A DNA stretch of 64,000 nucleotides from an uncultured Gemmatimonadales bacterium (GCA_963701965.1 OY969695.1:4288001-4352000), one strand, 5' to 3'. Shown: positions 52,420-62,513, numbered from the stretch's first letter. Notes: generated by a model from the sequence alone, not told the origin. Translations and numbers: made by a program.

Positions 52420-54279
52420 ATGCCGGCATTTCTGGGTCTGGTCCGCCTCGCGGGTGGCCGCGTCGACGACACGCTGGACGCGCTCCGCGCATCCCACGCC
52501 GAGGGCTGGTCCTGGTGTGACTCAACGGATCGCTCGGCCGCGCTCGGTCATACGACAGGGGACCCGCGGGCCACGCTGGCACGGGCCGGCGACTGGATGG
52601 CGGTCGGGATGGCGCGCCTCGATAATCGCGACGAGATCCGTGCGTGGTCGGGCGCGCCGGCTGATATCTCCGACTTGCAGGTGATACTGGCGGGGATCGC
52701 GGCGCGCGGCGTTCCCGGTATCCGGAGCATCCTTGGCGACTTCGCGATCGTCGCCTGCCATGCGCGCTCGCGCGACACGATCGTCGCGCGCGACGCGTTC
52801 GGGGTCAAGCCGCTGTTCTACCGCGCGCTGCCGGAAGGGCTGGCGTTGAGCTCCCACGCAGCGCCGCTCGCGGGGGACGCGGACTACGACGCGGACTACG
52901 TCGCCGAGTTCATCCTCAGCGGATTCGACCGCGATCACCGCACGCCGTGGCGCGGGGTCCGCGCGGTTCCCCCGGGGCACTGCATGGTGGTCCGCGATGG
53001 AGTAACGACGCTGACGCGCTATTGGTCGGCGTCGCAGTTCCCGCCGCGGGAGCTGGCGCCGCGCAATGGGGCAGGTGAGGGGAGCCGCGCGGCGTTCCGC
53101 GCGCTGCTGGAGACGGCGATTGCGTCCAACGTGTCGGGGGCTGACGACACCTGGTCGCAGCTGTCCGGTGGGCTCGACTCGTCGACGCTCGTGTCGGTCG
53201 CCGAGACGATGCGCACGGAGGGGAGTGTCCGCGGTGGGGTGGCGGGGGTCATCACCATGGTGGACTCGTTGGATGACGAGTGGCCCTATGCGCACGCGGT
53301 GGCCGAGCGCTATGGGTTGCGGCACGAGGTCGTCAAGGACTACTGGCTGTGGCAGGATGACGGGACGGCTCCGCCGCGGAATGATGTGCCGGACTCGTTG
53401 TATCCGTTCTACGCGCGCAACCGGCGGTTGTGCGAGATCGTGAAGTCGGCGGGCGGGCGGGTGCTGTTGAGCGGGGTGGGGCCGGATCACTATCTAGCTG
53501 GCAACCGGTACTTCTTCGCGGACTGGTTGGCCCAGGGGCGTGTGCTCACGGCGGCGCGCGAGATGTGGCGGTGGTCGAATCTGGCCAAGACCGGGTTTCT
53601 CCGGTTTGCGCTCGACAACGCGATCATGCCGTTGGCGCCGGCTTCGCTCCGCCGCCTGGGCGCGCCGCGGTGGGCGCAGGTGTACGACTGGATCGCGCCG
53701 GACTTTGCGCGGCGGCTCGGGCTCAACGAGCGCACCACCTGGGGCCGGGCGCTCGATGCGCCTGCCGGGCGGAAATACGCCGGGCAGGTCGAGGTCGACA
53801 TGACGCACCTCCCGGTGTGCATCGATCGCGGGGCGTTCGAGGATGGGATCGAGATGCGATACCCGTACCTCTATCGTCCGCTCGTCGAGTACTGCCTGCA
53901 ACTCCCCCGGGAGCTCCGGACGCAGCCCTTTGCCCGCAAGTGGGTGATGCGCGAGGCGGCGAAAGGGATCGTTCCCGAGATCGTGCGCGTGCGCCGGACC
54001 AAGGGCGCCATCAGCGGCCGCACCCGCTGGTCGCTCCGCCGCGAGTCCGCCGTGGTCGACTCGCTGCTGTGCGACTCTATTCTCGCCGAGCTCGGGTGCA
54101 TCGATCCTGTCAAGCTGCGGCGCGCGCTGGATCAGGCCATCGAAGGGGACGACAAAGTCCTGTTCGCCGCGGTCCGCACGTTGGCCCTCGAGACTTGGCT
54201 GCGCGTCACGAATGACCGGTGGGCTGATTGCGGGGCGCCCACTGAATCTCAAGATCTCGCACTCGCCCCCGCCGGGTGA
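52420..54279 (+). CDS. Lasso cyclase C (asparagine synthetase-like)
   Basis: RDAFGVKPLFY, LSGGLDSS, LSGVGPD, RYPYLYRPLVE; no N-terminal catalytic Cys. Confidence 0.93.
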   Translation: MPAFLGLVRLAGGRVDDTLDALRASHAEGWSWCDSTDRSAALGHTTGDPRATLARAGDWMAVGMARLDNRDEIRAWSGAPADISDLQVILAGIAARGVPGIRSILGDFAIVACHARSRDTIVARDAFGVKPLFYRALPEGLALSSHAAPLAGDADYDADYVAEFILSGFDRDHRTPWRGVRAVPPGHCMVVRDGVTTLTRYWSASQFPPRELAPRNGAGEGSRAAFRALLETAIASNVSGADDTWSQLSGGLDSSTLVSVAETMRTEGSVRGGVAGVITMVDSLDDEWPYAHAVAERYGLRHEVVKDYWLWQDDGTAPPRNDVPDSLYPFYARNRRLCEIVKSAGGRVLLSGVGPDHYLAGNRYFFADWLAQGRVLTAAREMWRWSNLAKTGFLRFALDNAIMPLAPASLRRLGAPRWAQVYDWIAPDFARRLGLNERTTWGRALDAPAGRKYAGQVEVDMTHLPVCIDRGAFEDGIEMRYPYLYRPLVEYCLQLPRELRTQPFARKWVMREAAKGIVPEIVRVRRTKGAISGRTRWSLRRESAVVDSLLCDSILAELGCIDPVKLRRALDQAIEGDDKVLFAAVRTLALETWLRVTNDRWADCGAPTESQDLALAPAG

Positions 54280-54297
54280 AATTCATTCGGAGAGGAA

Positions 54298-54435
54298 ATG
54301 CAAAGCCAGACGACGAAAACCGGCTATGCTGCGCCGAAGCTCGTGACGCAGGGGCCAGTGGGTCAGCTTACTCTCGGAACTGCCACGCTGACGGGGGAAC
54401 CCATTGCAGGCCTGCACATCAGCGGCGAAGTGTGA
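54298..54435 (+). CDS. Lasso peptide precursor A, 45 aa: MQSQTTKTGYAAPKLVTQGPVGQLTL | GTATLTGEPIAGLHISGEV
   Basis: Hand translation; GGAGAGG RBS; YxxPxL, Gly-x5-Thr, Thr at -2, Gly1 and Glu8. Confidence 0.93.
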   Translation: MQSQTTKTGYAAPKLVTQGPVGQLTLGTATLTGEPIAGLHISGEV

Positions 54436-54439
54436 AAAC

Positions 54440-54479
54440 ACTGACAGAGGGCGGCAGTTGCGTGCCGCCCTCTGTCAGT
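54440..54479. terminator. 17-bp perfect hairpin between convergent precursor and receptor genes
   Basis: ACTGACAGAGGGCGGCA-GTTGCG-TGCCGCCCTCTGTCAGT. Confidence 0.8.
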
Positions 54480-57166
54480 ACCCGACACGGACGCCGATCG
54501 ACGCAGTTCGTCCTGGCGTCGCGTACGCGGCGTTCTGCTCAATTGCGTGATTGTTCGCAAGGTTGTCCACGCTAAGAAATCCCGACAGGCGCCGATCGAT
54601 CTGTTGATCGACCGAGAGTCTGAGTTTGACGAATCCCGGAAATCTCTCCAGATAAGCTCGCGGCGTGAGCAACGGTTGCAGGCCGGCAAGCGCACTGTCC
54701 TGCTTTAGCACATTCTGGCTCGTCCAGTAGCCAATATATGTCGCGCCTGCGGCGATCTCGCCGCCCTTCCATGGGCTAGCACCAACCATCAACCCGCCCG
54801 AAGTGAAGGGTACGAGTTGGGCCTGATCGCCGACTCGATAGCTACCATTGTAGTCCGGTCCCAGGTTGGCGATGCGACTCAATGTGTACGAGAACTCGGC
54901 GCTCAGTCGTATCACAGAGATCTGTGCCGAGGCACATGTCTCGAGACCTCTGTTGTCAATCCGGCCAAGATTCTGATATTGAAGTCCGGCTGTATTCGGC
55001 GTGCCTGCCGGAACGATCTCCTGAATGATGAGATTGCGTGCCTGTTGGTTGTAGTATGTGGCTGACAGAGAGCCAATGCGTCCAAAATCAACGTCGATAC
55101 CGACGTCGCCGCCGAGTTGTCGTTCAGGCGCGAGGGCGGCATTCGGGAGTTGGGACGTCCCGCTGATGGTCTGGGCCATGTGCTGTGATGGCAGCCCAGG
55201 TTGAATACCCTCTCCATACGACGCGCGCGCCTTGAACACAACATCGCTAACCGAGTGAACGAACGACAGTCCGAAGCGGGGGGCCACGGCCGTGCCGTAA
55301 GCTGGTCCAATACCGCTGTTGCGATCGGCACGGATTCCTGCGGTCAGAAATAACTGTTCGCGAACCCCGAGCTGCATCTGGCCGAAGGCTCCCGTATTGC
55401 TCACGGGATCGCGATCTAGCAGTGCAACCCCGACAGGAGAGGGGACCGGCACTAATCCGATTACGCTCGGCAAGCCGCTGGCGACAAATTCGTCTATCGT
55501 GCGTTCGTAGTGGTCGAATCCCGCCGTCGCGACCGCGCGCAACGCACGACTCATCAGCCAGGTCGCGGATGTATTGTACGCGATCGACGCCTTGCCTACC
55601 GACCGATCCAGTGCAGCGAGCAGAGTATCGGTCGGTGTCGTGAGTTGCGGCGACGTACGTGCGTATTCAGTCTCTGATCGATCGTATCCGATCGTGAGAT
55701 TGTGCGTCCACCAACTCGACGCGCGATAGTTGAGATTGATTCCATAGGTCTGTTCATGCTCGGCCTCCGTCACGTTCTGAGGCTTCGCGAACTGCGGGAT
55801 GCCGGTGGCCACCTGCTGTGGTGACTCGACGAGGGGAAAGGTCCGCTGTAGGTACCGCGCCGAGAGTTGGATCGACAGTGGCCCTTGATCGAGATGAACT
55901 CCGCCATAGGCGCCGGGGTCTGACGAGTAGTAACCGGGCAGCCAGGCACCGACATGTCGGTACGAGGCCCCAAGGTTGTATCCCGCCCCCTCGCGCGCGC
56001 CTTCCAGCGAGACCGCGTATTGCTGCTGCAACGCGCCGGCGTCCTTGTCCGGGCCCTGGACGACGCCCTCGGCGATGGAGGCGTTGAGGGTAGGACGATC
56101 GGGCGCGCCAATGCCGTGTTTCGTGAAGATCTGCATGACGCCGCCACTGGCGTCGGACCCATAGATGGTCGACGCTTGCGGCCCGCGGATCACTTCGACG
56201 TGGTCGATGCTGTTGACGTCAACCGCGGCGTAGGCGAAGTCCGCCACTTCCACGCCGTCGATGTACGTCTTGATGTTGTTGACGTCGAAGGAGTTGATCC
56301 CCCGCACGGTGATCGTGCTGTAGTAGTCGAAGTTGCCTTGCGCCCACGAGATGCTGCCGGGCACGGAGCCGCGGAAGATCTCGTCCACGCGGGCGTAGTG
56401 CTGCGTCTGGAACTCGGCCGCCGTGATGACGCTGATGGGCGTCGGCAGCTCCTTTTCCTGCGTCGGCACGATCGTCCCGGTGACGACGACGCGCTCCAGT
56501 GAGCCGGTAAGCTGCTCGAGCCCGAAATCCACGGTCGGGCGCTCGCCTGGCGCGATGGTGACGGTGCGGGCCGCCGGGTGGTAGCCGAGGAGGCGGACCC
56601 GGGCCGGGAAGGTGCCGGCCGGCACCGAGTCCAGGCGGTAAGTGCCGCTGTCCGACGACGTGGCCCGCTGCCAGAGGCCATCGAGGATGACCGTCGCCCC
56701 CGGCAACAGTCTCCCGGTGCGCGCATCGCGCACGCGGCCCGTGATCGCCAAGGGCGCCGCCGGCGCGATGATGATGGCCGAGTCGGCCGCCAACTTCGCA
56801 CCCAGTCCCGTGCCCCGCAACACGATGCCGAGAACGCGGCCGAGCGAGGCGTGCGCATCGTGGAACGACACGCGCTGCGGCGCCGCGCTCACCACCGCCG
56901 TCTCGAAGTCGAACGGGATCCCGGTCGAATCGCGGATCAGATCCAGCGCCTGCCGTACCGTGACCCCGCGAAAATCAACCGCGATGGCCCGGTCCAGCGA
57001 TGGCGCCGGCGGCACTGCCGCCGCCGGACGCGCGCGAGCGTCCGGGGTGACCGGTGATTGAGCAACAGCAACGTGCGATTCGATCCCTCCGCTGACCGAC
57101 AGGAACGTCAGCAGGGGAACCCATCGACGAACGGACCAACGCAGAGCGACGCCTCCCGCGGATCAT
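54475..57166 (-). CDS. TonB-dependent transducer (STN + carboxypeptidase-regulatory-like + plug + barrel); probable 1-nt frameshift in the signal peptide
   Basis: STN-like VDFRGVTVRQALDLI, TonB box LERVVVTGT, IDHVEVIRGPQASTIYGS, C-terminal GVRVGY. Confidence 0.9.
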
Positions 57167-57209
57167 AACGGAGACCGGTTTTTTCGCTCCCCACATTACA
57201 CGTTGGACC

Positions 57210-58322
57210 TTATCGCCGAAACAGTCGAACTTCCCGCCCGTGGCGCTCGTACGCCAATCCCCGCACGGTCTGGCGCAACGCATCCAGCACCTGCACATCC
57301 GTGCCGCCATTGACCGTAAATGTGACTGTGCGGGCAGCCAACACCGTATCGTCGATGCGGAACTGAAGATCGTACGCCCGTCCGATCTCCTCCGCTACAT
57401 CCCGCAACGGCATGTCCGTGAACACACGCCGCCCGTGCGTCCACTCGAAATACCATGGCGACACCGGCGTCACCACCGTCTTGCCATGCGCCACGTCGAT
57501 CACGCCAATGTACCCACTCCGCACCACCGTCTCAGCGCCACCCACGCGGATCGACACACTGTCCGTCTGCACGGCCACGCGCGGCGGCGCGCCGGCATAC
57601 GCGCGCACATCGAACACCGTACCCAGATCCCGCGCCTCTACGCCCGCGGCCCACACGATAAACCGCCGGTCCGTCCGGTGCTCGACGTGGAACGAGGCCT
57701 GGCCCACGAGTGACACCACGTGATCCGCGCCGCCCCGCTCGAACCCGAACCGCAGCTCGCTCGCCGGCGCCAGCACCACGTCAGTGCCATCCGGTAAGTG
57801 CACCGATCGCGTCTCGCCCCGGTTCGTGGCGTACGCCAGCGACGACGTCGGCGCCGACACCCGCTCTGGCTCCCGCACTGGCGGATGCGTCTCGCGCCGT
57901 ACTACCAGGGCCGTCGCCACCGCGACTACGATACCGCCCGCGACCCCCGAGAGCGTGCCCAGCCGACGCCAGCGCCGCGCGCGGCGCACCCGCGGACCGT
58001 GGGCGAGCCCGCCGTCGATGACCCGCAGATGCTCCACGCCGCGTCCACCCACGCGGACGCGGTCGCCCTCCTGTCCCGCGATCCGATCCTGCAGCTGTTC
58101 CCACGCCTCCTCGGGATCGACTTCGAGCGGTTCCGGCCGCGGACTCAGGCGCGCCCACACCTTCCGGTACGCGCGCACGTACCGCTGCAACCCCTCGTCA
58201 TCAGCGAGCCAGCGCTCCACCAAGCGCCGCTCCGGCAACGTGCTGAGGCCGTCGAGGTAGCGGTGGATCGCCGCCCACCGCAACCGCTCCAACTCCTCAT
58301 CCCGCGGGTTGTCGTTGATCAT
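57210..58322 (-). CDS. FecR-family anti-sigma factor
   Basis: TM helix, TNRGETRSVHLPDGTDVVL, DLGTVFDV, FTDMPLRDV. Confidence 0.92.
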   Translation of the reverse strand: MINDNPRDEELERLRWAAIHRYLDGLSTLPERRLVERWLADDEGLQRYVRAYRKVWARLSPRPEPLEVDPEEAWEQLQDRIAGQEGDRVRVGGRGVEHLRVIDGGLAHGPRVRRARRWRRLGTLSGVAGGIVVAVATALVVRRETHPPVREPERVSAPTSSLAYATNRGETRSVHLPDGTDVVLAPASELRFGFERGGADHVVSLVGQASFHVEHRTDRRFIVWAAGVEARDLGTVFDVRAYAGAPPRVAVQTDSVSIRVGGAETVVRSGYIGVIDVAHGKTVVTPVSPWYFEWTHGRRVFTDMPLRDVAEEIGRAYDLQFRIDDTVLAARTVTFTVNGGTDVQVLDALRQTVRGLAYERHGREVRLFRR

Positions 58323-58331
58323 CGGCTTTGG

Positions 58332-59006
58332 CTATAAAGACGCGGGACGGCGCCCGTCTGCGTATGACACGTCCGGCAGCCAGGCCGCCAGCTCCCGCCT
58401 CAGCAATGTGTACGCCTGGTGGAGTTGCGTGTCGACGGTTCGAACCGAGACACTCATCAGTTCGGCGATTTGTGCGTTTGTCATCTGCCCCACGCGATGC
58501 AAGACCAGCGTCTCGCGCCGCCGGAGCGGCAACTTCGCGATGGCCCGGGCGATCGCGCTCTGCAACTCGGCGGCGGCGATGGTCGCCTCGACCGGAAGGC
58601 GCGCGGGAATCTCGGGAATCATCCCCGGGCCGAACGTCCCGCGCGATCGCAACACACGCGCGATCCAAGAGCGTTCGACGCGCTGGTGACGGAGGGTCGA
58701 GATGGCGCGCTTGCGGACGGCGCCATACAGATAGGCGATGAGCGACAGCCGGACTGTGAGCCCGTCCCGCTTGTCCCAGAGGTTGAACATCACCTCCTGC
58801 ACGATCTCCTGGGCATCAGCCCGGGACTCCACCAATCCGTTGGCGACACTGACCAGCCACGGTTGATAGTGGAGAAACGCGTCGCGAAACGCGCCCTCCT
58901 CGCCCCGACGGATGCCTTCGACCCACAGCCGATCAATGGCGGCCTGGTCGGGCAGCGTCGCGATCGCCGACGCCGACCGCTCCGAGAAGCGCGGCCGGCG
59001 CGTCAC
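58332..59006 (-). CDS. ECF sigma-70 factor
   Basis: AQEIVQEVMFNLW, LPLRRRE, IAELMSVSVRTV. Confidence 0.93.
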   Translation of the reverse strand: MTRRPRFSERSASAIATLPDQAAIDRLWVEGIRRGEEGAFRDAFLHYQPWLVSVANGLVESRADAQEIVQEVMFNLWDKRDGLTVRLSLIAYLYGAVRKRAISTLRHQRVERSWIARVLRSRGTFGPGMIPEIPARLPVEATIAAAELQSAIARAIAKLPLRRRETLVLHRVGQMTNAQIAELMSVSVRTVDTQLHQAYTLLRRELAAWLPDVSYADGRRPASL

Positions 59007-59074
59007 GTGTCGACACTCATCTGAAGCGGCACCGGCCCATCATCGTCCTCCATGGGGCAATCTGCAAGAAAAGA

Positions 59075-59284
59075 TCACGCCGCGGGCGGCGAGTGGTGCA
59101 GGCCGAGCTCGCCGACCGGCTCCACCCAATCCCGTACCCGCTGGCCTGTGATGCGATTGGCGCGCATCGCTTCGGCGAGGTACCGCAGTCCCTCGAAATA
59201 GGCGACCATCTCGCTCTCGGCCCGCACCCGGGCCTCGAAGATGGGACGGTCGGCCGTGTCGAACGCCCTATAGATCCAATTCAT
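59075..59284 (-). CDS. Small hypothetical protein
   Basis: GAGG RBS, 69 aa, co-oriented upstream of the sigma gene. Confidence 0.5.
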   Translation of the reverse strand: MNWIYRAFDTADRPIFEARVRAESEMVAYFEGLRYLAEAMRANRITGQRVRDWVEPVGELGLHHSPPAA

Positions 59285-59605
59285 ACGCGATAGCCCTCAA
59301 GCCTCGGCAACGTCGAATCACAACGAGACGCACAATGCCGATTCACTGCTTATAGACGGACGGACATCGTGACCGGGTGAATCGGGCCGTTCACCGTCGG
59401 GCCCGCCCTCGCGGGGGCCAGGGTCCCAGGACTTGTGTCGGAACGATCTAGCCGTAATGTTGGGCTCGGTACAGCGCCCCTCGGGGCGTCTCGATAACGG
59501 CAAATCCGGCGAAAGCCGGTGACGCAAAGCTCTGGAGGCTACGGCGCAGACCACCGCGCTATGCCAGTCCGGCCGCCGAACGGACGTCATCGGAGGAAGC
59601 GCGCC

Positions 59606-61339
59606 GTGTCCACGCGCATTCGGCTCATCTTTGGTGCCGCCGCTGGCCTTGCCGCGGCGGGGCAATCCGCAGGAGCCCAGAAGGTCATCGCGGCGCGGTC
59701 GGCCGTGGGAAGGACCATCGAAGCGCCCGTCCAGCGGGAGCAGGAGACCGCGAGTTGGCGGTCGGGGGATGTCATCGTCTGGGTCCGCGTCGCCAAGAGC
59801 GGCGCCATCTCCGTGTTCGCATCGCACGGATATCGATCGGCGTTTGCGCACCCGCTGGGGATTACGGCGGATGAAGCCGACAAATGGGCGGAAGTCGGCG
59901 ATCGCATCGCGGCGGGGCAGGCTGTCGCCGGGTCGATGGCACTTGGCGACGGCGACATCATCCTGGAACCGGGGCGCCTCGGCGACTCGGTGGTCCTGAA
60001 TGTCCGCCTCGGCGGCACTCGGCCGGACGCCATCGCCATCGATCTCGGCACCGTCATGCTGCGCGACGTCGGGCCCGCCCTGCGGAACACCGCCCGCATC
60101 GCCCGCGCCGCCCAAGCCCCGCAGCCCGTCGACCCACCCCCGCAAGCGGCGGCGGCCGCGGCTCCGCCGGCCCCAAGGCCCGGCGCCCCAGCCGCACCTT
60201 CCCAACCCGCGCCAATCTCCGCCGCTGGATCTCCGGTCGCACCACCGGCGCCTGCGGCGCCGGCCGTTCCTCGCGCGGCCGCAGCGATCTCGCAACCTGT
60301 GTCGCCACCCGCCGCAGTGTCCGCCGCGGAATCACCGCAGGCGGCGTAGCGGCACCGGCCGCCGGCGGCGCCAGTGTCCGCCGCGCCGGCGCCGACGGCG
60401 CCGCCGTCGGCCGCCGCCTTGCCGGCCGCGCCAGTGATGGCCGCATCACAACCACCGCCGTCAGCCGCGCCAGCCCCGGCGGCAATCGCCGCTGTCGCGC
60501 CCACAGCCGTGGCGTCGGCGGCTCGGCCGCTACCGGTCGCCGCACCAGCGGCCGTCCCGGCCGCGCCAGTGATGGCCGCATCACAGCCAGCTCCATCAGC
60601 GCCACCGCCGGCGGCAATCGCCGCCGTCGCGCCGACAGCCGTGGCGTCGGCAACTGCGCCGTTACCAGCCGCCGCGCCAGCGACCGCCGTACCGTCGACA
60701 GCCGCAGCGCCGACAGCCGTCGCCGTTGCTCCCCCCGCGCCGACGGCGGCAACACCGGCTGCGGCAGCTCCTACTCCAGTTGCGGCTCCCGTGCCTTTGG
60801 CGCGCCCAGCGCCGCAGGCGCCGGCGCGGCCGGCAGCCGCACCTGCCACACCATTCCCCCACACCGCCTCCACCCCCTTGGCTGCGCCGGCAAAGCGCGC
60901 CCCGATACTGGTGGCGACCGCGCCGGTGTCGCCAGCGACCACGGACACCGCGACGAGGGCGCTGCACCGCACCAGCGCGGGCAGCATCGCCAAGCGGGCC
61001 CCGGGTCGGCTCGCGCGACCGGATGCCGCCGCTGCCGACGCCGCGCGCCTGCCGGCATCGACCGTCGCCAACCTGGTCGAGCAATGGCAGCCCCAGCTCG
61101 ACCTCTGCTACACGGAGTACGGCCTCAAGCTCAACCCGGCCCTGACCGGGACCGTCTCGCTCCGCCTCGCGATCCGCCCAACGGGCGACGTCGGCGCAAC
61201 GACCGTCACGCGCCACAACTGGTCCGGCCGCGGCGGCGCCGAGGCCGAGCTGTGTATCCGCACGCGCGCAAAAAGCTGGATGTTCCCGCCGTCGTCGACC
61301 CCCACCACCCACGACTTCACGGTCGCATTCGCGCCATGA
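59606..61339 (+). CDS. Secreted Pro/Ala-rich protein with AgmX/PglI-like C-terminal domain; in-frame TAG at 60347-60349
   Basis: Signal peptide; both track ORFs share one frame; QLDLCY..GLKLNPALTGTV..C..SWMFP. Confidence 0.7.
60424..60651 (+). repeat. Intragenic ~95-bp imperfect direct repeat, 2 copies
   Basis: GGCCGCGCCAGTGATGGCCGCATCACA...GGCAATCGCCGC...ACAGCCGTGGCGTCGGC at ~60424 and ~60559. Confidence 0.8.
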
Positions 61340-61391
61340 AGCGCCGAGCCATCTTGCAATCGCCGCCCACGTCGCCGATTGTTCTATCGCG

Positions 61392-62513
61392 ATGCGCGCA
61401 CCGGACGCCGTGGATCACCCGTACCGCGCGCCGCATGTAGCGCCGTCTGTCAGACTGCCGAGCCTTCGGCTCTCCGACACGACGCGCGCTGATGACGGCC
61501 CCGAACCGGCGCGCGCGCTCCTCGCCCACGCCGATCAGTTCCGTCATGCCGAATCCTGGTTGCCGGCGATCGCCGCCTACCGCGCCGCCATCGCGGGCGC
61601 GACCGACTCGACCGATCACATGCTCCTCGCCGAGGCCCACCTCCGCCTCGGCTTCTGCCTGCGCATGGCGGGCGACCTCGGCGCCGCCGCCGAGGCCTAC
61701 GCCGCGGCCAACACCCACGCCCAGGCCACGCGCGACATCCACCGCGCGCTCCTCTCCCGCGTCGGTGCCGCCGTCGTCGTCGCCAGTCGCGGCAACCTCC
61801 CGGCTGCCGCGATGATGCTGGAGGCCGTCGTCCTCGAGGCCGAGGCCCTCGTCTCGACGCAACCAGGCCTCGTCGATGCCATTGCCCGGGCCAAGCACGA
61901 CCGCGGCACGATCGCGCACGACCGCGGCGACCCCGCACGCGCCGTCGTCGACCTCTACGATGCCTATCATCTCTATGGCGACTCGACCCAACGCGACCGC
62001 GTCCTCATCGACCTCGCCCGCGCCTTCGCCGACCTCGATCTGATCGACGTCGCGCGCGACGCCCTCCGGTTGTGCCACGCCGGCGCAGCAGGCCCGGCGG
62101 CGCGTACCACCGCCGCCATCAACCTGTTGGACATCGCCCAACGCGAGGGCGACGAGGCGATGTTCGAGCACCACCGCCGCGCCCTCGCCCACGACATGCT
62201 CGTGCCGCGCCACGCCGCGTTCTATCACCTTTTCGCGGGCGAAGGCCTCCGGCGATTCGGGCACCTGGGCGCCGCGCACGCCGCGTTCGCCCAAGCCCGC
62301 GATATCGCCGCCCATCACGGGTTGGGCGCGGTGCTCATTCGCGCCGACGCCGCGCTCGCCGATGGCACCGGGGCCGATAGCCCGCCGCATGCCCACGCCC
62401 CGCGCACCGCACCCGCGCCGGTGCAGCGCGTCGCCGCCGGCATCGCCGCCATGTTCGCCTCGAGCCCCTACGCCGATCACCCTTGGCCAACGATCGTCGT
62501 CGACGAGCGGTAG
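61392..62513 (+). CDS. TPR-like protein (start uncertain)
   Basis: FCLRMAG, HDRG, RDRVL, GEG motifs shared with 49163-50665. Confidence 0.8.
   Translation: MRAPDAVDHPYRAPHVAPSVRLPSLRLSDTTRADDGPEPARALLAHADQFRHAESWLPAIAAYRAAIAGATDSTDHMLLAEAHLRLGFCLRMAGDLGAAAEAYAAANTHAQATRDIHRALLSRVGAAVVVASRGNLPAAAMMLEAVVLEAEALVSTQPGLVDAIARAKHDRGTIAHDRGDPARAVVDLYDAYHLYGDSTQRDRVLIDLARAFADLDLIDVARDALRLCHAGAAGPAARTTAAINLLDIAQREGDEAMFEHHRRALAHDMLVPRHAAFYHLFAGEGLRRFGHLGAAHAAFAQARDIAAHHGLGAVLIRADAALADGTGADSPPHAHAPRTAPAPVQRVAAGIAAMFASSPYADHPWPTIVVDER

Noticed and set aside
52420..54279. Housekeeping asparagine synthetase AsnB
   Set aside because: No N-terminal Cys; flanked by RRE, B2 and a precursor
54276..54575. 99-aa track ORF after the cyclase
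   Set aside because: Overlaps the real precursor in another frame, the hairpin and the receptor end
60350..60960. Repetitive DNA as a possible CRISPR array
   Set aside because: Repeats are in-frame Pro/Ala linker codons with no regular unique spacers and no cas genes
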